Shown here one piece after another: positions 12,981 through 27,065 of a DNA stretch of 64,000 bases. Numbering within the stretch: the stretch's first letter is position 1; every line of letters begins with the position of its first letter. Below the pieces are notes generated by a model. The model did not search any database and was not told where the DNA came from. It worked only from the letters and a program-made list of their open reading frames with translations. The translations under genes and the position numbers were made by a program. Source of the stretch: Octopus vulgaris (lineage: Eukaryota); contig OX597814.1 in the NCBI GenBank assembly GCA_951406725.2, positions 106,330,001 to 106,394,000 on the forward strand, read 5' to 3'.

Positions 12981-14571
12981 CTAGTTATAATTGTTGAGGT
13001 GTATAGAGTTGTAAGTTGGTTAATAATAGCGGCTGGTAAGAGATTTCGAGTAGAATAGCGTTAGTGTAAACCAGGGTGTGGTGAACAGAGTTGTTTTGCT
13101 ACACCGATTCGAACGCCACACGTGACACCAACTTAAAGAACATGGCTGCTCTCCAAAGTAAACATTTGGAGATAATGTGAATGACTGACTGGAAGATTTA
13201 ATGAGATGAGAGACCTCGAATTGACACAAGTGTGACTTAGACAGAACTGAAAATAGGCTGAGATAAGCTGGAATCATCTGTCAGAAAAATAAATAAATAT
13301 TTCAATAAAAAGAAGAAAAAAACGAAGAGAGGCAGGAGAGACTGTGAGGTAAATTTTCAAGGGACGGGAGGGAGGTTAGACTGATATCTACCTGGAATAT
13401 ATTAACTGGGTTTGTAACGATTTCGTCCGTTTGTTCTTATTTTACTTGAATGTGTAGCAGCGCTTTGTGGAAGAAGGCGAATGGAGATGCGTTGGGATGC
13501 TTTTCGTTTTCATGAAAGTAAATAGCGAAATCTTTCAGCTAGAATTTGCAGCAACAAACGCCGGGTGTGGGTGAGTGGGTGGGTGGGTGGGGGAAAGAAG
13601 TGTTTTAAAGTTCTGTCTCTGGGTCTTGATGTTCTGCCCCACTGCGCCGAGTGAATGGCTTTAGCATAGAATACACACACATCAGTCTCTATCACTAAAG
13701 ATCATGTCTCTAAGTAACAACAACAACAGCAACAACAAGCTGTGATAAAGACAAACTGAATGGGAAAAACGAAGCGAACATGCTAATAACATCGGGTATA
13801 AAAGGAATGCTTGACAATATGGAAGAGAAAAGGCGAATTGAAACAGGAAGTGAAGGTACATGACTGCTAGAGTGCTGCGGAGTAAATTCACAAGGCTGCA
13901 CAGAGATCTGCTGGTTTTCAGACACAGATACACAAGGAACTTTCTAGTAACAGCCATATATTCCTCTGCAATAAAAATACTGAATAGTTGGAACTTTCAC
14001 ATCAAAATTAAACTCTATTCCTTCTATAAAATTCTTCTAACTCGAGCACATAATATAATGTTGGAGATAGGAATTAGAGTTTATATTTTAGCGAATGTTG
14101 GTGACAGGTGATGAACTCTCCACAAAAGAAGTCGTAAAAATAATATGTTATTAGAGTAAATAACGTCTAATAAATGCAACGAAAGACATTTGCTGTATAA
14201 AAACAACAAAATAAACGGCATCAACAACAGCAGCTTCAACAAAAACACCCAAAGGTGAATTAATCGCTTAGAATCGATTCCCAGCAATTGTCTTAAAGGG
14301 AAACCAAATAAACTGTAGATTACCTGAAGCAAGGAAATATTTTGATGGCTATTTTAAAGTGTTTCCTTTTATTCGAATCTCTAAAACCTTTAAAGAAGCC
14401 ACTAATATCGAGAAATCCCTCTTTCTCATTTTAGTTTCTAAACTTTCTGGGTTTCGTGTTTTTGTTCATCGCAATAAATATATAATTTGCGAACTGAAGC
14501 AACAAACTGGACCTTTGTTATATTGAAGCAATGTAAATTTGGGATCTCCATCTTAATATTTATGTCTATTA

Positions 14572-14790
14572 AGGCAGCGAGCTGGCAGGATGGTTAGCAG
14601 GCTGGGGAAAATGTTTAGCGGCATTTCGTCAGCCTTTACATTCCGAGTTCAAATTCCGCCGAGGCTGACTTTACCTTTCATTTTTTTGGTGTCGATAAAA
14701 TAAGTACCAGTTGAATACTGGGGTCGATGTAACTGACTTATTCCCCTCCCCTCAAATTGATGCCCTTGTGCCAATATTTGAAGCCAATGT
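14572..14790 (+). mobile_element. SINE family B (tRNA-like head; body resembles the Meta-SINE type)
   Basis: ggcagcgagctggcag...gagttcaaattccgccgagg...gtcgataaaataagtaccag; matches 25697 and 56541 copies. Confidence 0.8.
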
Positions 14791-14822
14791 TTATGTCTAT
14801 TGTTCAGGATTTATGTCTATAT

Positions 14823-15223
14823 TCTTTTATTCTTTTATTTGTTTCAATCATTTGACTACGGCCATGCTGCAGCACCGCCTTTAGTCGAGCAAATAGACCT
14901 CAGGACTTATTCTTTGTAAGCCTACTACTTATTCTATCGGTCTCTTTTGCCGAACCGCTAGTTTACGGGGATTTAAACATACCAACATCGGTTGTCAAGT
15001 AATGGTGGGGAACAAAGAAATAAGACAGACAGACACACACACACACACACATATATATACGACGGGCTTCTTTCAGTTTCCGTCTACCAAATCCAATCAC
15101 ATGGTTCTAGTCGGCCCGAAGCTATAGCAGAAGACACTTGCCCAAGGTGCCACGAAATGGGACTGAACAGGGAGCCATGTGGCTGGTAAGCAATCTACTT
15201 ACCACACAGCCATTCCTGCGCCT
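14823..15223 (-). mobile_element. SINE family A, full length (tRNA head plus CORE-like ccttgggcaag)
   Basis: Reverse complement aligns end to end with 23249-23648. Confidence 0.85.
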
Positions 15224-15744
15224 GTATCCCCAAATACTTCTCTTCACCACAATTTATATCTACACTGCAATATGTATGTCTACACCCTAATATTTCTCAC
15301 CACAATCCGATTTGTCAACAATCTTCACGCCTCTACCCAACCCCATAAATCAATATTCAAATTCTCGTGGACATATACCCGGTTTCAGGGCGAAGCCGAG
15401 CAAAGGAACTTTACATGTCCCCTCAACCAACCGCACCTTCAAAAGCATATGATTATCCAGTCACAGAGTTCCATCTAACATTTAATTCTGTTTTATTGCT
15501 CCGGGGTAGCATGAGAACATCTCCAAAGACAGTTAGATTGGTTAGCTAATATATACAAACATATAAGCGAAATTACCCAATTCCCAATATTACATACGGG
15601 TGAGACCATACTGTATAGGGTATTTTATAAACAGCTCCCTTTTCTCAGCTATTTGTATTACATAACTTATATATAAACGCGTATATATAAATATATACCT
15701 ATATATATGTAAGTATGTCTATCCCGTTCTTTAATTATACATTA

Positions 15745-16155
15745 TCCAGTGAGGACGGAGCCGGTTTCCAACAAAGGTACAAGGCTCCATCTTTGCGATG
15801 TAGTTAACGCGAAAAAATTCACATTTGGAACTTCAGAAAAGTTTTGCGTATTTTTATTGTTCCACTCACAGATTGGACTTGTAATGTACGAATGAGCCAG
15901 TCAGTTTCTCTTTCTGAAAATTCCAGTTTATCCAGATTTAGGCATTTACAAACAAAACTTACTAAATTATAATTATAATTGGTATTAATAATGAATTCAT
16001 AGTCTGGATATAGAAGCTGGAGGTTTCGAAACAGTTGTCCATAGATATCCTCTTTTTCTTTGATTTTCAAACAGATTTTTATATCTGCAGGGCAGCTAAC
16101 CTCTATGATGTCACATACCATTGCCCCCCTGTCCCAAACAATATCCGGTCCATTA
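15745..16155 (-). mobile_element. R4/Dong-like non-LTR 3' end (restriction-like endonuclease domain)
   Basis: PDIVWDRG-CDIIEVSCPADIKICLKIKEKEDIYGQL...KIRKTFLKFQM* (PD..E..K-type RLE pattern; ORF 15819-16121); 3' UTR stem ggagcc/ggctcc. Confidence 0.8.
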
Positions 16156-16225
16156 TGTTTATATTTGACAGAAGTTTTATATGTACGTATGTATGTAGAT
16201 TTGTATATATGTATGTATATTTTTA

Positions 16226-16350
16226 TTCAGTTTTATTTCAACATTTCTTGCCAATAAAAAAAGAACCGGTTTCTAACCTAGATCCAATTCCTTCATTGGT
16301 ATTTCAACATCAACAACAGGATATTTTTGTATGTCTGTATGTATGTATGT
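16226..16350 (-). mobile_element. 3' UTR terminus of the R4/Dong-like family
   Basis: Matches 3680-3830, including the adjacent (TATG)n. Confidence 0.65.
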
Positions 16351-16601
16351 ATTGTAGTATTATAAGTCATGAAGAAGGCGCAACGAAATCGGGATCTTTC
16401 CCACGTTATCACTAACCGCTGCTGGGATGACTCGCGTCTCCGATATATATTGTGTTTTTAAACACAGCACGTCCTCATCCGCTGTTACTTTTGGACGAAT
16501 AATGCAATAAATTTGCCTTTCAACGATGCATTTATATTCAGAATGATACATAGACGGCTATTATACTTTAATACGGCTATAGTGCTATAGGATATAGTAG
16601 G

Positions 16602-16645
<44 letters not shown>

Positions 16646-16647
<2 letters not shown>

Positions 16648-17025
16648 TTTACTTGTTTCAGTCATTTGACTGTGGCCATGCTGGGACACCGCCTGTAATC
16701 GAACAAATCGACCCCGGGGCTTATTCTTTGTAAGCCTAGTACTTATTCTATCGTCTCCTTTACCGAACCGCTAAGTTTCGTGGACGTAAACACACCAGCA
16801 TCGGTTGCCAAGCGATGGTGGAGGTACAAACGCAGACACACAAACATATACACATACATACACACACACACATATTTATACATATATATATATATATACG
16901 ACCGGCTTCTTTCAGTTTCCGTCTACCAAATCCATTCACAAGGCTTTGATCGTCCGAGGCTATAGTAGATGACACTTGCCCAAGGTGGCACGCAGTGGTT
17001 CTGAACCCGAACCATGTGGTTCGTG
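16646..17025 (-). mobile_element. SINE family A
   Basis: Alignment by eye to other copies; (TA)n on both sides. Confidence 0.85.
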
Positions 17026-17173
<148 letters not shown>

Positions 17174-18097
17174 CTTATATGTATGTATATATGTATATGT
17201 GTGTGTATGTCATGGGGGTGCGTGCGTGTATACATATACATATGTAAATGTGTGTATAGATAGATATGTATATGTACGCTCATACACGTCAGTATGTTTG
17301 TAAATGAGTTACTTAAAAATAGACACACATGTATGTAAACATGCGCGCACATACAAACACACATACACACACACACACACACACATGCACTCATGCATAT
17401 ACACTTGCTTATGTGTATTTAAATAGAAGCTATAGAGCGTGTGAGTCCATAAGTATATCTGCGTGCATACGTGTGGAGTATGCATTAAAATTGATGTTTG
17501 TATACGAATGTATATATATTTATACAAGAACATGTGGTGCATCTATTAACTAATGTTCTCTCTGATGTATTTAACGACATGTTGACATGACGGAATTTGA
17601 ATGTCTCATGTAAAATTATTGGGTAACAAGGATTTTCCATGTCCTGCCATGTCTAAAATTACGCCAGGCAGTATTAGAATGGTTGTTTCAGGTCTGGAAA
17701 TACATCAAAATGTCGTCGTTGTTGTTGTTGTTGTTGTTATTGAGCTCCAGTTCATGCCTGAATAAGCAAACTCCTCTAAATGCCACACCAGCGTGACCAT
17801 CCTTTCTTTTAAAATATATCTGTCACTGTATTTATCCGTTGTATCCATTATTTATGTAAGGCAGAAGAGTGAAGTATGTCGGAGACTTGGCTGCTATTTC
17901 TAGAATGTTAAGGGAACACGTAGACGTTCCTCTGCAGCCTCTTCTGTATCATATAAAAGTGAGTTTCAACATTGTGTGACATTTTATTGAAAATTCCGTG
18001 GAAATCTGTGGGTCACATCCTTCATCCAAAGAACACACACTCGGTGGCACTATTTATAGCCGTTTAAAATTTTACTAGTTTTGTTGTTCTTTTACAT

Positions 18098-18495
18098 TCT
18101 TTTATTCTTTTACTTGTTTCAGCCATCTTGACTCCGGCTATGCTGGAGCACCGCCTTTAGCTGAACAAATCGACTCGAGGACTTATTCTTTGTAAGCCTA
18201 GTACTTATTCTATCGGTGTCTTTTGCCGAACCGCTAAGTTAGGGAGACGTAAACATCGGTTGTCAAGCGATGGAGGGAGGAGAGACACAGACACAGACAC
18301 AAACATACACACGCACACACATATACGACGGGCTTCTTTCAGTTTCTGTCTACCAAATCCACTTACAAGGCTTTGGTCAGCCAGAGGCTATAGTAGAAGA
18401 CACTTACCCAAGGTGCCCGCCCCCGCAGTAGGACTGAACCCGGAACCACGTAGTTGCTAAGCAAGTTACTTACCACCCAGCCACTCCTGCACCTA
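18098..18495 (-). mobile_element. SINE family A, full length
   Basis: Alignment by eye to other copies. Confidence 0.85.
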
Positions 18496-18684
18496 TGTTG
18501 TACAACTTTCAGTGAAATTAGACTTTGTTACATGTTTTAAGATGTCCAACACATTCAATGTTTTCATTCAAAATCTCTCATTGGTATCATCAACTAAATA
18601 TGTTTAGTTAGTATAATTGCACAAAATGCCGGAATGGTCTGCCAACTTTTGCATAATTTTGTATCTTGTATTAATAGGGGGAAC

Positions 18685-18860
18685 CAATTCTGGCACAACG
18701 CCAGCAATTTCGGGGAAGCGGGTGAATCGATTACATCGACCCCAGTATTCAACCAGAAATTATGCTACTGACTCAGGAAGGATAAAAGGCAAAGTCGATT
18801 TCTGAGGAATTTGAACTCAGAACGTAAAGAAGGGCGAATCTGCCAACCCACCACCTTAAT
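18685..18860 (-). mobile_element. SINE family B, decayed
   Basis: aaggcaaagtcgat...ggaatttgaactcagaacgt. Confidence 0.7.
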
Positions 18861-19354
18861 CTTTTCCGAAATATTCTAGAGCTATTAAACAATGTATGCA
18901 AGTTAAACAATTAAACGATCTATGTAAGGGTAGAATAGCTTCGAAGATTAGTTTAATTCTGAAGGGTAGACAGGTTGGGTGGTAGACTACCCGTGATGTT
19001 AATAAACTCGGTATACTTCTGTCATTTAACTGTAACTTGGATTTGAACTTAGCATATTTATCATCGAAATTTAAAGCTGCAGAACATAGAGACTGGCATC
19101 ATCTCATCTTTAACATCCGAACTACTCTAAGAAAACATTTTGAGTTTGCAGGAAGATATTTATTGGGTAAAATCAACCATTATTTAAATGCTTGCTTGGA
19201 AGATGCTTCTTTGACCCGGCAAGAGAAAAGAAAAGGATTTACATCGCTATTTCAACTCAAAATCTCTAAAGAAGAATCTAAACTAAAGAGCGAAAATGAG
19301 GAAAGATACTTACTTCATTATTGAAGTGTTCCTAACACTATACATCAGTAACAC

Positions 19355-19580
19355 TGGTTTCAAATTTTGACGCGATGCCAGCAATTTCGGGGGAGTTGGA
19401 GGGGAGACTACGTCGATTAAATAGACTCATTTGCTCAATTACTATGTCTTTTTGAACCTCGAAAGGAATAAAAGGGAAAGTCAAACACAGCGGAATTTGA
19501 ACTCAAAACGTAAAGACGGACGAAATGCCACTATACATTTTTTCCGCGCGTGCGAACGATTCTGTCAGCTCACCGACATT
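19355..19580 (-). mobile_element. SINE family B, decayed
   Basis: gcggaatttgaactcaaaacgtaaagacggacgaaatg...ttctgtcagctcaccg. Confidence 0.7.
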
Positions 19581-20067
19581 ATTGTACTACAATAATAAAT
19601 TTAAAAAGTAGAAAAGAGTTAGAAACTGAGATTTATGTGTGGCCTTCTCAATATATCTACAAGGTAGTTTAATTTTGCTTACTTATTTTGGGTTAGTGAA
19701 GGCGCCTAGCCTGTTGGTTAAAGAGATGAGTCCACAATTCTAAAGTCGTGGCTTCAATTCGTGTAGTGGGCTGCAAGTTGAGCCATCGATCAACTAACTC
19801 TCTTCTTTTCTCATTACTTTTGTCTGTTCAACTGAAAAATTGTACCAACCGACTGTTGGTGGTCTTTCTCTTCCATATTTCGTATCCTGGAAGTTCCACA
19901 GGATCAAGACTGGATGAGCCGAGAGGATGGGCGGGAGCGGGAAGCGATGCCAGTTCTCAAATACTAAGACAATTAGCAAAACATGTTATAAGCTAGTAAG
20001 AGCTACATTCCCTTGCGAGTGACGGCTAAGTTTCCTAACTTCTTTTTGAACAGATTTAATTTATATT

Positions 20068-20600
20068 CTTTTCTACTCCAGGCACAAGGCACGAACTTTT
20101 GGGGGAGGGGACCAGTCGATTAGATCGATCCCAGTACGCAAAAGGATGAAAGGCAAAGTCGACCTCGGCGGAATTTGAACCCAGATCGTAAAGACAGACG
20201 AAATACCTATTTCTCTTTCTTTATTACCCACAAGGGGCTACACACAGAGAGGACAAACAAGACAGACAAACGGATTAAGTCGATTATATCGACCCCAGTG
20301 CGTAACTGGTACTTAATTTATCGACCCCGAAAGAATGAAAGACAAAGTCGACCTCGGTGGAATATGAACTCAGATGTAGCGGCCGACGAAATACCAATTT
20401 CTTTACTACCCACAAGGGGCTAAACACAGAGAGGACAAACAAGGACAGACAAACGGATTAAGTCGATTATATCGACCCCAGTGCATAACAGGTACTTAAT
20501 TTATCGAGCCCGAAAGGATGAAAGGTAAAGTCGACCTCGGTGGAATTGAACTCTAAGCATTTCGCCCAGCGTGTTAACAATTCTGCCAGCTCGCCGCCTT
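20068..20600 (-). mobile_element. SINE family B concatemer (3 bodies)
   Basis: Three copies of aaagtcgacctcggYggaat with junctions gacgaaataccWatttct. Confidence 0.85.
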
Positions 20601-20746
20601 ATATTTAATTTTTATAACCAAAAGTAAAATAATTATTCCAGACTAAATTTGCAGGACACTTCATTGGATCTGATGATTCTAAGCAACAATTCCAACCCAG
20701 CGATATTTTCTGTCTCTCTCTTTCTCTGTGTGTGTATATGTGTGCG

Positions 20747-20799
<53 letters not shown>

Positions 20800-21065
20800 T
20801 TGTCTTTCTTTCTTTCTCTATCTTCTTTCTCTTTTTCTTTCCCTCTCTCCCTCTACCTCTCTCCCACCCTCCCTCTCTCTAATAAATACGTAAACTATAA
20901 ACCGAAGTGTCTGTTCCTGCAAACTTGATGCTCCTGTAAGTTTGATCTCTTAATAGGATTTCATTTTATCTTCGTTTTATTTCTCCCTGGAAGTGTATTG
21001 GGATTGTTTTTATTGGAAAGAAATTTCGGATGTCTTCTTGTGTGTGTGTGCGTGTGGGTGCGTGC

Positions 21066-21125
<60 letters not shown>

Positions 21126-21439
21126 AAGATTAAAGTAGCATTTTGAAAGGCGTTAAAAAGACAAATAAATAGGAAAGATTCAACGAGTAAATTAAATAAA
21201 AGTTTGTCAAGGAAGCTAACAAATCAGCAGAGAGAGAGAGAGAGAGGAGGAGGTAGGCATAGGAGGTTAAGTAGCAGGAGGAGAAGGAAGAGGGGAGGAG
21301 GTGCAGAGCTAATGACAGCAATGAGAAAAAGCTGGAAATACATAGATGTGTGTGTGTATGCATGTATACACATATATATACATGGACTTATATCTATACA
21401 TATATATATATATATACGAATATATTTGCATATATATTG

Positions 21440-21475
21440 ACAGATAGACAGAGAGACAGACAGACCAATAGATAT

Positions 21476-21527
<52 letters not shown>

Positions 21528-21543
21528 CAGTCAGATAAATAGC

Positions 21544-21590
<47 letters not shown>

Positions 21591-21612
21591 TCAGACAGAC
21601 AGACAGACAGAC

Positions 21613-21694
<82 letters not shown>

Positions 21695-21720
21695 CAGGCA
21701 GATAGATGGATAGATAGATA
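21440..21720. repeat. (GATA)n/(GACA)n microsatellite
   Basis: Direct reading. Confidence 0.95.
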
Positions 21721-22084
21721 TTTACGGAGATAGATTGTCAGAGAGTCACGTGTGAGCATGTGAAAATTCGTTAGTCGAATAATCAGACATAAGATTCAAC
21801 AACACGCACACATACAGAGGCACACACAACACACATACACTGACAGAGATAAATAAACACCTTACGTACACTAAACGCCTCACCTCCCTCCCCAACACAC
21901 GCGCACGCGCATGCAGACATTATAGGAGAGAGAAGGAAATACATGGGAGTGAGACACACTGATATTGCGATAGAGACACGAACACAAGAGAGCAGAGAGA
22001 AACACAAAATGGAAGATGTATTTGATGCGAGTTTATATAAGCGTATGCACACACACACACACACACATACACACAGACACGTAT

Positions 22085-22250
22085 AGGCGCAGGCATGTTT
22101 GTATGATTAAGAAGCTCATATCGCAATCACCATGCTTCAAGTTCAAACTGATGGCGTGACAACTTGGGCAAATCTCTTATACTATAGCCTACCTCAGCCT
22201 TTCAAGTGAATTTGGTAAATAGATATTGTGCTGAAGCCCGCAGTATATAC
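22085..22250 (+). mobile_element. Decayed SINE family A head
   Basis: ggcgcaggcatg...cttgggcaaatctctt...gaagcccg. Confidence 0.55.
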
Positions 22251-22276
22251 ATATACATACATACATATATATATAG

Positions 22277-22354
<78 letters not shown>

Positions 22355-22356
<2 letters not shown>

Positions 22357-22574
22357 ATAAAACGGTAAGATAACAAAAGAAAGAAAGAGACCTCAATATT
22401 ATGTAAATAGAGGAAATTTATCTATACAATATGTTACATTACTCGGTAGTCAAGATAAAACTCTGAGTTTCAGATGCCGAAGTGGAAATCCACAACACCA
22501 TCTCCTGGTGGTGTTGTGGTTGCATCTGAAACTCAGAGTTTTATTGACTACCGAGTAATGTAACATATTGTATA
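22355..22574. repeat. Fold-back element in (TA)n; arms 22423-22477 and 22522-22574 contain the 3' half of an HHR
   Basis: tatacaatatgttacattactcggtagtcaa(ga)taaaactctgagtttcagatgc and its reverse complement; inner stem ccacaacacca/tggtgttgtgg. Confidence 0.9.
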
Positions 22575-22763
22575 TATATATATATATATATAGGTTATAA
22601 AATGAGATAGGGGTTGAAAATTCAACCCACCATGGGATAATATATATCCAATATACTGCTAGATAGGTACCCAACAAAAATTAATACATAGATGTTAGAA
22701 ATTGTCAAGCAATCAGTTCATCTATTGTATTAAATGGGTAAGTAATAATATTACCGTAAATTA

Positions 22764-23172
22764 ATACTACAAAATTAGAGAATGGAGAAACATACTTAAA
22801 TCAATAAAGCATCAACTATCCGATGATACTCAATCCATACTTTAATACACCATTACATAGGAGTAAAGGCAATATATAAAATGAAATGAGATATACAGTA
22901 ATAGTAAAAGTAAAAGTAAAAGTAAAAAGATAAAGAGATATAAGTAAAAAATTACAAATACAATATGCAAATAAATCAGTATTTGTAATTTTTTACTTAT
23001 ATCTCTTTATCTTTTTACTTTTACTTTTACTTTTACTATTACTGTATATCTCATTTCATTTTATATATTGCCTTTACTCCTATGTAATGGTGTATTAAAG
23101 TATGGATTGAGTATCATCGGATAGTTGATGCTTTATTGATTTAAGTATGTTTCTCCATTCTCTAATTTTGTA

Positions 23173-23176
<4 letters not shown>
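22764..23176. repeat. Perfect 198-bp inverted repeat with 17-nt spacer
   Basis: Arms 22764-22961 and 22979-23176 compared base by base with no mismatch found. Confidence 0.95.
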
Positions 23177-23248
<72 letters not shown>

Positions 23249-23251
<3 letters not shown>

Positions 23252-23648
23252 CGCAGGAGTGGCTGTGTGGTAAGTAGATTGCTTACCAACGACATGGTTC
23301 GGGGTTCAGCCCCACTGCTTGGCATCTTGGGCAAGTCTTTTCTGCTATAGCCCCGGGCCTTGTGAGTGGATTTGGTAGACGGAAACTGAAAGAAGCCTGT
23401 CGTATATATGTATATTTATATATATATATGTGTGTGTATATATTTGTGTGTCTGTGTTTGTCCCCCTAGCGTTGTTGGTGTGTTTACATCCCCGTCACTT
23501 AGCAGTTCGGCAAAACAGACCGATAGAATAAGTACTGGGCTTACAAAGAATAAGTTCCGGGGTCGATTTGCTCGACTAAAGGCGGTGCTCCAGCATGGCC
23601 GCAATCAAATGACTGAAACAAGTAAAAGAGTAAAAGAGAATAAAGAGT
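23249..23648 (+). mobile_element. SINE family A, full length
   Basis: A box tggctgtgtgg, B-box-like ggttcagcccc, cttgggcaag, internal (TA)/(TG), tail gtaaaaga repeats. Confidence 0.88.
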
Positions 23649-23735
23649 ATATAATACCAATAATTTACATATATATGCATGTATACATACATATATGTAC
23701 ATACCTTCATATATATGTACATATACATGCATATA

Positions 23736-24045
23736 TGGGTACAGGACGTAAAAAAGAATCGCGAACAAAATGAAAAACGAGAAAATAAAATAACAAAAAC
23801 ATGGAAAACGAACATTTTTTCGAACAACGAAAGAAACCGAGAAACGAGACAGGCAACATAGCGACCATTCCCTTCATCAGTTGTCCCCTGTTTTATCTAC
23901 TCCGCGTTTCGATCGTTGGGACAAGACGCGACTTCATTAAAACAGTCGTTCCCGTAAAGCAAATTAAATAAGATTTAGGATTTGCGGTGGGTTAGAGTGA
24001 TAATAAAAACAGGACAGTGAAACTAAACGGTGAATACAGTGACCA
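23736..24045 (-). mobile_element. Short repeat with a decayed HHR-like motif; related terminus at 35706-35900
   Basis: Shared start gcatatatgggtacaggacgt; minus TTAATGA-ag-tcg...cga-tc-GAAA-cgcg at 23903-23940. Confidence 0.45.
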
Positions 24046-24497
24046 TATATATATATATATATATATCGAGATACATATGTATGCGTGTGCGCGCGTGCTT
24101 TTGCTTCTACACCGCTTGAACCTCGTTGTTTGTTTAGCGGTTGGCCAAATTATTCTAGTAGAATTTTTTTGAGGTTCATAAAGAATATCAATATATTGGA
24201 GTTGATTTGTTCGACTAGACCCTTCAAGTGTTGCTCCAGCGTAGTCTAGTCCAATAGCCAATAGGTATATATATGAGAAAGACAGACAAACCGACAGACA
24301 AAGACGCATGTGTATGTGTGTGCGCGCGCGCTGTGTGTGTGTGCATGTGTATATATTGAAAAGAATGACAAAATAGTTACCCGGAAAGCAATATATGAGA
24401 GAATTGAAAATCATTTAAAGATAGGAAGATGTCATATTGGTCACACTGAATATATATTGGCGAACATCATGCACGTGTGTAAAAATGCGTGCGTATA

Positions 24498-24582
<85 letters not shown>

Positions 24583-24739
24583 ACACACATACTTATTTAT
24601 ATGAAGAGAGAAAGAGATATAATTAAAATATCCTCTTTTGAGAGTGAGAGAGTGTGAGAGAGTGGGGACGTGAGAGAATGAGAGAAAAAGGAGAGTGAAA
24701 TAGAGAGGAAAGCAGAGATAATAAGACAGACTTAGTAAG

Positions 24740-24781
<42 letters not shown>

Positions 24782-25696
24782 GTGTTAGCGTGCAAAAGAG
24801 AAAGAGATAGGGATGTCTAAGATGGAGGAACTATCAGAAAGAACTATTTAAATCGATCGACAAACATCGACTGGCAGTCCCTCACACCGTTCTTCTTGAC
24901 ACAAAATTATTCAAATTGATTAAATTATTGAACAGTAACCTTAATCTTGTTTTGTCAATGAAATATTACCCCCTTCTCCACTAGTCCTTCCCCCTGTACT
25001 CTGTCATACTATCCTACCGCCAACACCGGCGTCACATATACACATAAACAGACGACAAACACTCAGAGCCGCCGCCATCTATGCCATAACAACAACACTG
25101 AATATTCTTCTTCATTTAGCTTCTCTTCTGTTTCCTCTTTTGCCAATCAGTTCTGAGACGAGGGCCGCCTCCCAATAAGCACATCGTAATTATTTCGATA
25201 AACAATAGCGGCTACAACAACAACATCAACAGCAACATGACCCAACAAATGCGCAATTGTTACTAAATGACACAACCGCCACCGCTCATCATAATTGCAT
25301 TACGCTATCACCAACACCACCGCCACAACTAACATCACCACCACCACCACCACCGAAAATGCACTAAAATCAACACCACTAACAACAACAACTACAACCA
25401 CAATAAAAACACTACACTATCAACAACATCATCATCATCGTCATCAGTCATCAAACAATTTCTATTCGTAATAATATTAATACTAATAATAATGGTATGA
25501 ACAGTCATATCAACAATGTCACTTTTTATCATTAAACTCTTCCAATATGGCCAACAGCAATTACAACAACAACAACGCAGCCTCCATTTGCACCACGTGA
25601 CCCACACAACTAGCGCCGACTACACCAAGTCAATAACAGTACCGCTACTATTAGCATTCTTAATCAAATGAGTACAATTATTATTATAATTATAAA

Positions 25697-26575
25697 GGCG
25701 GCGAGCTGGCAGAATCGTTTGCACGCCGGGCGAAATGCGTAGCCGTATTTCGTCTGCCGTTACGTTCTGAGTTCTAATTCCGCCGAGGTCGACTTTGCCT
25801 TTCATCCTTTCGGGGTCGATAAATTAAGTACCAGTTACGCACTGGGGTCGATGTAATCGACTTAATACCTATGTCTGTCCTTGTTTGTCCCCTCTGTGTT
25901 TAGCCCCTTGTGGGTAATAAAGAAATACGTATTTCGTCTGCCGTTACGTTCTGAGTTCTAATTCCGCCGAGGTCGACTTTGCCTTTCATCCTTTCGGGGT
26001 TGATAAATTAAGTACCAATCAAGTACTGCGGTCGATGTAACCGACTTAATCCGTTTGTCTGTCCTTGTTTGTCTCCTCTATGGGTACCCTTGTGGGTAGT
26101 AAAGAAATACATTAGCATTCTTAATCAAACGAGTACAATTATTATTATAATTATAAAGGCGGTGAGCTGGCAGAATCTTTAGAACGCCGGACGAAATGCT
26201 CAGCTGTATTTCGTCCCTCTGTACGTTCTGAGTTCAAATTCTGTTGAGGTTGAGTTTAACTTTCATCCTTTCGGGAGTCAATAAATTAAGTACCAGTAAG
26301 ACACTGGGGTCGATGTAATCGACTAAACCCCTCCACCAAAATTAAAGGCCGAGGTCGACTTTACCTTTCATCTTTCATCCTTTCGGGGTCGATAAACTAG
26401 GTACCAGTGAAACTCTGGGGTCAATCGACGAGTCCCCCCACCCCAACATTTCAGGCCTTGTACTTTTAGTAGAATGGATTATTATTATTATTATTATTAT
26501 TATTATAAATTATTATAAATTCCGCCGAGGTCGACTTTGCCTTTCATACTTTCGGGGTTGATTGAATAAGTACCA
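25697..26575 (+). mobile_element. SINE family B cluster: dimer 25697-26110, older copy from 26158, further partial bodies
   Basis: Repeated ccgaggtcgactttRcctttcat; 47-bp flank duplication at 25650-25696 and 26111-26157. Confidence 0.88.
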
Positions 26576-26581
26576 TTATTA

Positions 26582-26622
<41 letters not shown>

Positions 26623-26821
26623 GTTGTTGTTGTTGTTATTATTATTATTATTATCATTATTATCATTATCATCATCATTATTATTATCATTCTAATTAAT
26701 ATTGTCATCATTATCATTATTATCATTGTTATTATTATCATTATTATTAATATTATTATTATCGTAATCCTTATTATTATTATTATCATCATAATTATTA
26801 TTATCATTATCATTATTATTA

Positions 26822-26903
<82 letters not shown>

Positions 26904-27017
26904 CCTTATTATTATTATTATCATTATTATTATCATTATTATCATTATCATTATTATTATTATCATTATTAGTATTACTACTACTGCTATTACTACTACT
27001 ACTACTACTACTACTAC

Positions 27018-27064
<47 letters not shown>

Positions 27065-27065
27065 A
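26575..27065. repeat. (ATT/ATC)n then (ACT)n(AGT)n compound microsatellite
   Basis: Direct reading. Confidence 0.95.

Noticed and set aside
13860-14000. ...SSAIKILNSW resembling an L2/Rex LINE C-terminus
   Set aside because: Too short and diverged to support without a search.
16365-16485. Two very degenerate HHR-like strings
   Set aside because: Several core changes and no convincing stem I.
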